DNA from: Caecitellus pseudoparvulus
Taxonomy: Eukaryota; Protista; Bigyra: Bicosoecida
NCBI GenBank assembly: GCA_965644315.1
Contig: CBFFRQ010000032.1
Span: 310,001 to 374,000 of the forward strand
DNA: 64,000 nucleotides
Direction of reading: 5' to 3'
Made by a program: the position numbers and the translations under genes. The notes under the pieces are model-generated. The model was not told the origin of the DNA. It searched no databases and saw only the letters and a list, made by a program, of their open reading frames with translations. Positions 48,036-59,400 of this stretch are shown one piece after another (positions within the stretch are counted from its first letter, which is position 1; each line of letters begins with the position of its first letter).

Positions 48036-50500
48036 ATGGTACGTGTTGCGTGGTTCGAGGCAAAGTGAGCTCGCTATTGCAAGCACTTGTCGCAAGCCCT
48101 GTCGAATGCAACCCTCAGCAAATGGACCATTGGCCCCACACCCTTTCTCAGGCAGCAGCAGAAGAGCCTCAAATGGAAAAAGAGGCGACGCTGCGCACCC
48201 GCGTTGCCCTCACGAAGGTGGAACGGGTTGTTGCAAGCCTGGCAAAGATGCAGTGTGTGCCATGGCGGGCGTTGCAGCACGGACCAGCTTTGCAAGGGCT
48301 CGCAGCGGTGGGAAACGGGCAAGCACCTGAAGTCAAGGCCTCTCCAGAAAGAGTGACCCTCGCCGAACAGGAGGCTTTGCTTCACTCTGCAGGCTGCGCA
48401 CTGTTGGAGCGTGCGGCGCTGCTCAAGGGGCAATTAGTGCGGGCAGAGTTGCTTGAGGCTCTGCAATTCCTGTCCTTTCGATGCTTTTGTGCAGTGCGCA
48501 TGTTGAACCAAGCAGCCTCAGGGGAGAGCGCAGATGCAGTCCCGGACGGGGATGCTGTGTGGGGCTGCATCCGTGAGGCATGGGACAGTGTTCGCGACGA
48601 AGGGAAGAGCGTGGAAGGCGCACTGGCGGACTTGACACGGTGGTGGCTGGAGCACAAGAAGCGTATTGTGCTTGTACCCGACACTGTGGACTTGGAAACG
48701 CATGGTGGTGACAAGACCGACTTCGCGACCTACGTGGGCAAGCTGAAGGAGCAGGCAACTCGGTTCCAAGCGGCAGCAGCAGATGACTTGCAGAGCGCAT
48801 TCACTGCTGAGCGCTTGACGACTGCGGCAGATGCAGTTGAGGAGCTGCGTCAGCTTCTTGGTGCTGCTTCCCAGGTTAGCCATCGCCACATGCACCTTAC
48901 TTTGGGTATGGACCTGGCGGAGTGGCTGGAGAGCAAGAACAGCACGGACAAAAGTGTCTACATGTCGTCACGAGAACTCAAATCAGTGGAGGTGGAAGAT
49001 GTCTCTTGCGTTGATGAATGGGCTGAAGAAATTGCTAGTTCTGCAAGAGCTTTGGCGAAGAGCGTTGCAGCTGCGAAGCATGCTGAGGCTTCGCGCCTTG
49101 CCCACGGCTTGCCCAGAGTGTCCCAAGCCCCGCACCATGTCTCTGTCGTTCACATTGCGTCGGGTAGCTCGGATGTAGAGCCGTTGGGTCTTTCCAGTGC
49201 TTTTGACTTGCAGGTGCAATGCGAGAAGGGATGGCCACTGAGCATGTTCGTGCGTGACGCGGCCTGGAGCGATGTGAGGGCTGACGTAAAGCAGCAACTG
49301 TGTCTGAAGGTGCTTGGCGCATGTGCTGTAGCGGAGGCATGCGGCGTGAGCTTGCATAAGCTTTCCGCGGGTAGCTTCGTCGTGGTGGGCGTGCTGTCGG
49401 CAAGCGTGCCTGAGCTCGTTGAATCCTTAGATAGAGGTACGTGTGAGGTGTTACTCGGCGCATGCGGAAGGGCGCTGGGCGAAGGAGACTTTGAAGGGGC
49501 TTGCCTTGGTGGTGGAGGTCTTGGGGTACTTGGCGTGCTGCGGGCTGTGCTGGGGCAGGCTGGCGAGGCGGCTGAGGGTTCTACCCTTGCTGAGGTGGGC
49601 TTCGCGAGCCATGCAGACGGAGGCGACCTCGCGCTTTCTTCTGCTCTTGAGGCATTGAAAGGGAAAGAAGGTGCCTGCTGTGTTGAAGCGTGGACCCTTG
49701 CCTATGGGGTGCTTGGATGCAGAGCTGGGCACCTTTCGGAATCCGACAGCCTTGTGCAGCAGTGGGCACAGCGCAACCCAACTGCTGCCGCATCAGAGGA
49801 GCTTCTAGCATGGGTGCTCGCAAGGGCGCCTGAGCCCTCTGCATTCACAGCTGCATGTGGGTCCGGTGAAGTGGAGAATGTGCGTGAGCTCTTGTCCCTT
49901 ACGGATGCAGAAGCGGTAGATGTTCATGCAGCTGATGTCGATGGACCGGAAGCTGCCTTCCGCGCTGCCTGTGCCGGTGGACACCTGGAGGTTGTGAAGG
50001 TGCTCTTGGCCCTCAAGGACGCGCAAGCAGTGGACGTGCATGCCCCAGACGGGGATGGACCAGAAGCTGCCTTCCGCGCTGCCTGTGCCGGTGGACACCT
50101 GGAGGTTGTGAAGGTGCTCTTGGCCCTCAAGGACGCGCAAGCAGTGGACGTGCATGCCCCAGACGGGGATGGACCAGAAGCTGCCTTCCGCGCTGCCTGT
50201 GCCGGTGGACACCTGGAGGTTGTGAAGGTGCTCTTGGCCCTCAAGGACGCGCAAGCAGTGGACGTGCATGCCCCAGACGGGGATGGACCAGAAGCTGCCT
50301 TCCGCGCTGCCTGTGCCGGTGGACACCTGGAGGTTGTGCGCTCGCTCGTTGCGCTTACCGAGGCTCGAGCGGTTGACGTCCATGCAGCCGATGCGGGTGG
50401 TCCCGATGCTGCCTTCCGTTTGGCCTTCTCTGCTGGCCATGTAGAGGTCATGCGCGCGTTGCTAGCATTGACTGGATCTCGCAAAATCTCGCAGACGTGA
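48036..50500 (+). CDS. Helical N-terminus + degenerate kinase-like region + C-terminal 38-aa ankyrin-like repeats
   Basis: Open frame 48050-50500 with about six units of PEAAFRAACAGGHLEVVKVLL...VDVHA. Start is uncertain: ATG 48036 spliced (GTACGT...TCTCAG, 48039-48151), or ATG 48122 or 48173. Confidence 0.75.
49949..50338 (+). repeat. Perfect 114-bp coding tandem repeat (~3.4 copies) within the ankyrin-like array
   Basis: The unit start gaagctgccttccgc recurs at 49949, 50063, 50177 and 50291 with identical intervening sequence. Confidence 0.97.
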
Positions 50501-50767
50501 GCGATGGAGGAACTTGCCGGCTTCCAGACCCCAAAGACAAGAATTAATGCACCCGGGTGGGAGTTTGTTCAGTGGTCGCTGTGCAGCAACCCATAGCTCT
50601 GTGCCAATGTCTCAAGCGCTTGGCACCTTGACCTGGGCAATGGAGCGTTGTCTGGGCTGCATTTAGTTTAGGTCACTCGGGCTACGCAAGCCGGCATACC
50701 ATGAATGAAGTCGTTCAACAATCCATGCATTCAGCTTACACAGTGGGGGCATCGAGTGGGGAAGGAG

Positions 50768-53046
50768 CTACATGAGCTCATGCCGCACTTCTTCCACGCC
50801 GTAGGCTTTGGGTGTGAGCTGGATGAGTGTGTGCAGCGGCATCGCAAGCTTTGGACATGCTTCGGGGGCGATGTCGGCCAGATAGGCGTACAGCACACGC
50901 AGCGTGGCTTGGTGTGAAATGACAAGGACAGGGCCTTTTTGCCGCATGAGCTCGATAATGACGGGTTCCAGTCGGTGCACAATGTCTTGGTACGATTCGC
51001 CCTGTGGGTAGCGGTAGTGGAACTTGTCTGCCGCCCGGGCGGCATACTCCCCAGGCATAGTGGCTGCAATGTCTTCGTAGGACATTGCATCGCATACCCC
51101 AGCAGAGATTTCGTCCAAAGCTTTCCACTGGATGATGCGTCGCCCAAGGTGCTTGGCAGTGGCGCGCGTGCGCTTCAATGTGGAGGTCCAGACTGTCAGG
51201 GGCACTTCGGGGGGGTAGTGCTCATCAATGAATGCAGCCAAGGCATGTGAGTATCGATCTCCCTTGTGGCTGAGGCCACTGTCTCCACCGATCAGCCCTT
51301 GCACATTGAACTCCGACTCCCCGTGGCGCGTCAGCCAGATGGGTCGCGGCGTGATTGAAATGTTGGACAGGAAGTACAAGATGCGGGAATTGAGGAAGCC
51401 CATCATGCGGTGGGCAATGATCTTGCGCCCCACGTCGATAAGTTGGATGTACGGCACCTCCTCGGCATCTTCGACCATCTCATACACTTTCGTGTACTGC
51501 TGGATGCGGGCTGTGAAATCCCGCACCGCGTCCTCCTCGCGCATGTGCTTGTAGTCAGGGGACTTTAGCTTTGTCTCCCGGATGTTGCTGCGGATGATGT
51601 CTTCGTCGGTGCAAATGCTCTCCACGAACACGAGGCGGCAGGGGATGCCACTTTGGCTCTCTGCCTCCGCAATGGCTCCACGCAACCACGCCCGGCGGGC
51701 CCGAGTGGAATTCGTCGCATCGAAGATGGCCACATCTGTCAGGTCTCCCAGCACTTCCTTCAGCATCTTGTGCAGTGCTGCTTGGGCGAACGCCTGCCGT
51801 GCCGCCATGCCTTCTTCGTTGTGAGGGTTGAAAAAGTCAGCGGGCGCTGCCTTGCCAGCCTCTGCCATCTGGGCGCGGCGGACGTTGCCCACATTAAAGA
51901 TCTCCGTGCGCAATCCGAGCCACGACAAGTGCCGCTTCAGCTTGCGGGCTAAGTATGTCTTTCCGCGTGCTGGCAACCCCACCATGCCGATGATGAGCTT
52001 ACCCTCGCCACGGCCTGTGGCCGACGGGCCCGTGTCTGAACGGGCCTCAATGCTGGAATCAGGCAAGATAGGGGGCGGGATAGCCCCTTCTGCAGGCTTG
52101 AAAGGTGGTGTTTGAGCCGCCACGGATGTCATGAGGTCCACAGGATTCTCCAGCACAGGGGACACCCAGGATGATTCCAGGCAGCGTCCCGGAAGGTCAG
52201 GCGCGGACGAGCTGCGCTTCAGCCCCGAGGCAGAGCCGGGCGTAGCGCTGAGGGCTTGAGATTGCACCGCAGCTTGCTTCTTCAGCACGCCGGAGAGAGC
52301 GTGGCTTGCTCGGGCGGCGACAGCTGTCGCGTCGAGGGAGTACTCTGCGGCATGCACACGGGCATCTTGCAAGCGGACAGACTCCATGCCCTCAGAGCTG
52401 CCTGCTCGAGGCCTGCGCACTTCAATGCTAGACTGTGCCGTGTACGACGGTGGGCCCACTGCAGCGCCAGAGCTGACGCGAGACATGGGGCCAAGTGTCT
52501 CTCCTGCAACACGAGGGCTGCCTGTACCAAAGGACGGACTCCCCACTGGGACACCACTCGCATCGATGTCAATAAAGTTGTTAATGTTTCCGAAGTCGTC
52601 TGCCTTCCTGTGCATGCTCGTGGTGGTCCGGGTGTGCGGGAAGTGATCCGAGCGGAGCGGAAATTGGACAGACACACCAGCGCTGAGAAGGGTCGTACTT
52701 CCACGCCCCATCCACGATGAACTTGTACTGAATGCGCTCTCCAACGGGAAGGTGCAGCACGGTCCCTGGGAGGTGCAGAGCGCGCAGACGTGTCCCTTGC
52801 AGGCTCCTCATGGCGCGCAACGGCATGCGTACCCAACACGCCATGCTCATCTTTCGTCAAGGGCACGCCCTGCCCCCATCCCACGAAATTTCCAGTCACT
52901 GCCACATCAGTCCCTGCTCTTGACCAGGAAATACAAATGGGCACTGTCTGCGCAGTGGCCTTGATGCCTGTTCCCAGTGCAGGTGGCCCAGACGCGGCAG
53001 GTGCCGCTGGCGCTTCGGCAGCAGCTTGCCCTGCCTCGGATGCCAT
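50768..53046 (-). CDS. 6-phosphofructo-2-kinase/fructose-2,6-bisphosphatase with N-terminal AMPK-beta-type CBM48
   Basis: MVGLPARGKT, FNVGNVRR, FDATNST, VESIC, RHGES, YRYPQGESY, ISHQA. Exons 53046-52833, 52765-52678 and 52607-50768 assemble a complete CBM48. Confidence 0.92.
52608..52677 (-). other. Intron (70 nt, GTGTGT...GCACAG), PFK2 gene
   Basis: Removal gives YDPSQRW-KADDFGNINNFI. Confidence 0.85.
52766..52832 (-). other. Intron (67 nt, GTACGC...CTCCCAG), PFK2 gene
   Basis: Removal gives HGVLG-TVLHLPVG. Confidence 0.85.
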
Positions 53047-53454
53047 TGCCACCAAAGTACAGCAAAAGCAGGCCTTCTGCAAGACTCGAAGGGGGGTCAA
53101 ACTTAGGTCTGTAGCGCAGGCGAGTTTGTTCAGCCGTGCCTACAGATGCTGTGCTCCCAAAAACCACACCTGTTGGAAGCGGGGCAAGAACGCACGGCTG
53201 CCGCCCCCCCAAATCCGACACAATCCTTGAGGGATCACAAGGAGGTGACTGCCAAAAACCCCTTCTCTCACAGCGCTTGTCAGAGCACCGAGGCCCCAAA
53301 CGACGTCCAGCGGAGAAAGCTGAGGGTTGGCTCTGCAACAGCATCACACCACACCACCATCGACTCCGCGTACCTGGCCGCGAGCCTGCTACGAAGCGAA
53401 ACCGAGGAAGCAGAGTAGTGGCCGGAAAGGCGGCATACAGTTTGCCCACGCAGC

Positions 53455-56400
53455 ATGTCTGGCAGCCTGCCGCCCATCCGGGGGGCCTCAGGACGGACGC
53501 CCGTTGCCAGCCCAGCAAGCTCGGGCAGCCAACGGCAGAAGCGAGACGGGCGCTCAGTGCACATTGAGGAGCGCCCTTCGGAAGACCGGGGTTCGCTCAG
53601 TGCACATGTGCTGCTGGGGGGCGACGCAGCTGCTGACCGGCGAGTGGAGTGGATTGTGCAGCAGCTGCACGGGGCGTTGCTGGCAGGAGGTGTGAGTGAC
53701 GCCCGGCGTGCGTCGCAACGCGACAGTCTGAGGTTTTGAGCCAACTAAGCGGCATGTATGAGTCACACTCAGCTGAAGGAACCTCACACAGCGTGATGCA
53801 CCTCTCCTAACAGCTTCCCCATCCACTTGTTTGCGCAGGAAAGCAACACCTCTTCCGGGCAGGAGCGCTGGGAACGCTTCGTCATCTCCACAGATTTCCG
53901 CAGGGCTGTCGCCTCTTTCCTGGGCCTAGATGGCGCCGCACCGGCTTACTTCCTCGCTGTGCGCGAGAGCAGGGGAAGATCACGCGCCAAGCGCCCTTCA
54001 GCCATGTCTTCTGCGGTGGGCCTGTCCCTTCCGGACAGCGCTGGGTTGCAGTCTCGACGCAAAGCGGTCGATGTGGCGTACTCTGTGCACAGCTCGCTGG
54101 ACGGCCTTGCTGAGGCCAGCCCGGACTCTGATGCAGGCAGCCAGTGCGTGTACTTTATTCGCCTGGTGCCTGGCGAGCTGTCCCACGACAACATTGAAGT
54201 GCAGGTGGTGTTCGGGACGCTGCCGTTGGGCGGCGGCCTGCGCCACATGCAAGCCCACATGCGGCACGTCATGCTGCCGCTGCTGCGTAACAAGCACAAC
54301 ACGCTGGCATGGTCCCGCGTCGTGGCAAAGGACGTCTTGAACGCCACCGTGGACTTCCTAGGCTCTGTCGACATCTCCCTGGCCAACACCGAAGGCTCCA
54401 CCCTCCTTCCTGTGCCGCCCGAGGCGGAGGACGTGTTTTTCCAGAAGTACCGCACATCCCGCACCGAAGGCAGTCATACCACATCCGAAGGGGTACCACA
54501 GTCCCCATCCCTCGCAGAGACACCCCCTCGCCATTACGCGTCACCTCCGGCAGGGGGTGGCGCACATCCACCCCCGCCCCCTCGCCCAGACGTGCCACAC
54601 TTGCACAAGGAGCGTGTGCACCAGCTGGAGGCCTTGGTGGTGACATGGAGCAGTCAGATCAAAGCGACCATGGGGTGCACGCCGGAAGATGTCATCGCAG
54701 AAGCTGCCAGCCGCTCTGGTGCGGATGCCGATGCGCTGGTGGGAGTGGGGCTTGTGACCGGGGGAGGGAAGGGGGCGCGCGTCACCGGCCCAGCTACCTC
54801 CGCTTTGGCCCAGCACCCAGCCACTGCCGTTGGGCGCGCATTCACGTACTCTGTGTTGACTACCCCGCCAGAGTCGTTTGGGAGGGGCATTCAGCCTGCC
54901 GCACTCGTGTCGGCAAGGCCAGGGCCGCTGCTGGAAGTCGCATATTGGCAGACACGCTCAGCCCACCTGGAGCGGCTATGGCAGCAGCTGCTGGGGCGCA
55001 CTACCCGCAGAGTGCTAGCCATGTTAGACTCTGCTCGCTCTTCACACTGCTCTGCCTTCTACCGCGTCGTGCGTGAGCTACAGGCTGCCAAGTATGAAAC
55101 ACAGGACACGCTGCGGTACATGCGGCAACTGCAGCCGTGGCTTGTGCGCCTGGAGCAGGCGCAGGATCTACATGCTGCCAAGGCCACGTTCACTCCCATC
55201 ATGCACCTCCTCCTGCTCATCTGGAAGTTTTCACAGTTCTACAACGTCCCCTCCCGTCTCGTGCTGCTGGTGCGCCTGGTTGTGAACGCGTTCATGCGCC
55301 ACGCAGACCGGTACCTTGCCCCCGCTTCAATGATGAAGGCGCTGGCTGAAGGTGGGGCGGAAGAAGTGCATGACGCACTGTCCACGACCTTGCGCGTGGC
55401 TGCAGCGCTGAAGGGTGCCTTCTTTGACTACAAAGCTCGCAGCGCGCGCGACGTGCCGGACAACCCTTGGCTCATGCAGAACTCTGCGCTGTGGGGGCAC
55501 CTGGACGCGTTCTTGGAGCGTGTGCACGACCTGCGGGACTTCTCTGCGACTGTGCTGCAGTTCAGGGAGCTTGATCGCCTGGTCATCGGCGGCAACAAGG
55601 GTGCGTCCCTGTCAGCTAGCGTGCGGGAAATCCGGGCTAGCTTTCTTGCAGCCCAAGAAGCCCTCTGCGCTGTGCCGTATGATGTTCTGGACATGACGCA
55701 GACGACGTTTGAAGAAGACTTCCAGGCGTTTCGCGGCGATGTGCGGGAGTTGGAGACACACCTTGCCTCTGTACTGACCCAGGCTTTTGATGACTGTGCC
55801 ACGACTCACGCTCAGCTGTGCCTGCTGCAGTCCTTCTCCCTTGTCTCTCGGCGGGGAGTCGTGAAAGAGGCTGTGGAAGCAAGGTACAGCGCTGTGCTGG
55901 AGGGCTTCAGTAAAGACCTGCTGTCAGTGCAAGCCGAGTTTATCTATCGCAGGGCAGCCCCGCCCCTCCCTCGCAACCTGCCACCCACGGCTGGGGCGGT
56001 GTTCTGGTGCCGTGGCCTACTGCTGCGGGTGCAGAGCCCCATGGAGATGCTGCGCTCCCTCGCCCGGGACGTACTGGAACGAGAGGAGGCGCGGCCTGTC
56101 GTGCGAGCCTTTGCTTCCCTCGTCACAGCCCTGGGCGACTTTGAAGCTTCCCACTTGTCTGAGTGGGGCAGTGCCGTCGAAGCGGTGTCCTCTGAGGAGC
56201 TCAACAAGTCCCTCCTTCGCACCGTGGAGGTTGACGCGCGCACTGGTGTACCGCTGGGGGATGTGGAGGCCAGCCAAGATGCAGATGCAACGGCTACTGG
56301 CGGAGGAGTTGAGGTGTCTGCCCGGTCCTCCGTGGCCAGTGGCAGCGGGACTGCCGCCGGGCGCCGGGGAGCTCCGCCCGCTCTTGGTGTTCAGGGTGCC

Positions 56401-59400
56401 TCTGCCACTGTGCTCAAGGTGAACTTTTCGCCAGACCTTGTGCGCCTGCTGCGTGAAGTCAAGTACTTCCTCCTGCTGGGCCTCACGGTGCCGGACGCCG
56501 CTGGGGCCGTGTACCGGCGAGCGGAGCAGTTCAGGAAGCACACATCCTCCTTGGACCTCATGGCCCGGCGCACCAACGACATGCTGCTCAACATGCTGCC
56601 TGTGGAGCGCCCTTTGATGGCGCCACACTTGAAGCAGCTGTCTGCCGCCCTCACAAAGGGGATGCGGGCGCTCACGTGGCGCAGCCACGGCGTGGATGTC
56701 TTCCTGAACGACGCCGGGTCTGTCGTGCGCAGCGCTGCTGACATGATGGAGACACTGTCCAGCACACTGACGTCCATCCAAGACATAGTGGAGACGTGGA
56801 GGGCGGAGCCCCTCATTGTGCTACCCAGCAAGACTGCTCCCCTCGCGACGTTTGAGGGCGAGTGGCTGGCCACCTTGCCCGGCAAGTATGCTCTCATCTC
56901 CGAAGGTGGACGCAGCATCATTAAGCTCTTGCGAGATGCTCTGCGCCGCATGCACATCGCCTCGGCGTCTCCCGAGTGGCAGATGTACATCGACTTCATC
57001 TCGCAACTGGTGTACTCTGGCCTCGCAGGCACAGTGCTGTCTGCTCTGCGGGTCATGGCTGACGGGCTTGATGCAGGCCAGCTGCAAGACGCCAGCGCTG
57101 CGTCGCCGCTGGGCATCGCGCTGCAAGTGGCAAGGCACCGAGGTAGAGAGGGGGCTGGCGCCGCAAGCTCGCTGTCCTCCGCCATTGCCTTCCGACCGCC
57201 ACTGGGTGTGCGGTTGGCTGCCACGCTCAGTGGCGACGATGTATCGTCGCGCCTTCCCGGGCACCAGGCAGTGCATGGGCCTGCTGCCGTGGAGGTTGCT
57301 CTGGAACAAGCCAAGGTCCCCACAGAGGACGACATTCAGGCAGACATGTGGGATGATGCGTTGACCCTGGAGGAGGAAGGCAGTTCGGCTGAGGGCACGG
57401 CGGGGGAGGAAGTTGACGCGGCGCCGGTTACTGTCCGATCCCGGCTGCTTCGGTGGGTGGACGCAATTTTGAAAGTGGCAGGGCTGTTCAACCGTGTGGA
57501 CACCGCTTTTGCCCCCTCCGCAGGCCGTGCAGGGCAAGCCGCACGCGCTGGCGAGACGGGGGGGCGCTCAACGTACGCCAGGGACGTCATCATGTCCATG
57601 GAAGTGCAGTCAGTCATGTCTGTCATCGAGGTGCACGTGCGGGACGCAGAAGTGCGTGCGCGGGCACTGCACAAGCGGTTGACAGCGTTCGGCCCGCTCA
57701 TCAACGATGACCCAAACGCTGTCTTCCTGGCCTTCCTCCGCGCGAGGGCATTCATGCTCGTGGAAGACTGCGTCCCCAGCCAAGCTCCTGCAGGCTTGGA
57801 TGCTGGCGCACAGCGTGCAGACACGCACTTCACCGTGGCGGAACCTCGCCTTGCTTCGCAGTACAGCTCGCAGGCAAACCTCTCGCACGACTGGGGTGTG
57901 GAAGGCTCTGAGTGGGAGGACAGTGATACCCTCCCACACGTCGCCGATGCCCGCGTGCTGTACCCAGCAAGCCCCGAGTTCGCCCATACAGACACGTGTG
58001 GGAACCGCTTGCTGCCTGTCTTGCTGTTAGGGGCGACTGTGCCAGCCGAGTCAAATGATGCCAGGGCGATTGCGACAGCCCTGCACGTGGCCAAGGAGCG
58101 TGGTCTGCGGGACTTCACACTGCTGTTGAATCTGCGCAGCTTCGGTGAGGAGCTCGTCCGTCTCCGAGACCTGCAGATGGACATCACAGGAATGCCCGAC
58201 AGCTATGCCGTCGGCTTCCTACGCGTGGATGCTGCACCACTGAAGCAGGCCCTCAGCGCGCGCCTGGCACGGTGGACTCACATGTACACAAGCTACCTGG
58301 AGTCCTTCCTGTTACGGCGGCTGCAGTATGTGCACTGCCTTTGCCTGGCATCTGAGACGTCCCTTGAGCCAGCATACGTTGAGAGCGAGGCGAGTGTGGA
58401 AGCTTCTCTCGCGCCAGTGTCCTACAACCCTGCGACGGGGCGATTGACTCGGGACGACTCCTCGCCCAGGTCTCGAGATGCGCCCACAACAGATACCCCC
58501 CCGCGCTTCACGCGCCAGGCCAAGGATGACGGCATTGAGGATCCCGAAGGGCAGACAACGTTGGCTGCGGCTTTGACGGTTGTGTCGGAGCTGAAGCATG
58601 CCGCTGGTGAGGATGGCACAGTTGCGATGGTGGAGGGCCGCCCCCTGACGCTGTACCACCCCGTCATCGCCGGCCTCCTCATGGGCGGTTACAGGGTCTT
58701 GGAGGGCTCCATTGAGCCTGTGCGCGTGCCCATCACCACAGAGGGCCGCCATGCCTTCCTACTCTTCGTGGTCAGTCGCCTACGCGCATTGATCCAGCTG
58801 CAGCCGGCTGTGGCGGCAACACTGGCATTCCTGGACGATGTTGTGGTGGTTTTGCAGTGGACAGGCGTCATTGCCAGCGCTTCGGGCGGGGCCAATAGCA
58901 AGCAGGGCCCGCGAGGTGCCGCAGCTGGGGGTGCCTTGTCCGGAGTTCCCGCTGGTGACACACGCGACCCTCTGGAGCTGTACATTCCCTTGTCGCGGCA
59001 CGGGGAGCGTGGAGCGTCGGCCGCCAACCCCCAGAGCGGTGCGATGGGGGTGGACGAGGTGACCATCGCCGGGCGCCGCTTGCTGCAGTACCTGCAGACA
59101 GCTCGCATGTCATGGCATGCCACTGTGAACTTGACTTTCAAGATGCGGGAGGTGTGGCACCAGGACATCTCCAGCCTCGCAGATCACGTCCGCCACAAGT
59201 GCGCGGCATTTGACCGCTCAGTGGCGGCCTTCCGCTCCACCGTGGCTCAAGGCGCGCCCTTTCGCATTGACACGGGAGCGTTTTCCAAGGCAGCCAGCGC
59301 CATGCTGAGCGGGCGAGACGCCAAGGCACTCAGTGCACTGGGCCTAGGTGTCAGCATGCCGCACCGCCTGCCTCAAAGTGCGCTTGAAGTGTTCCTTGCT

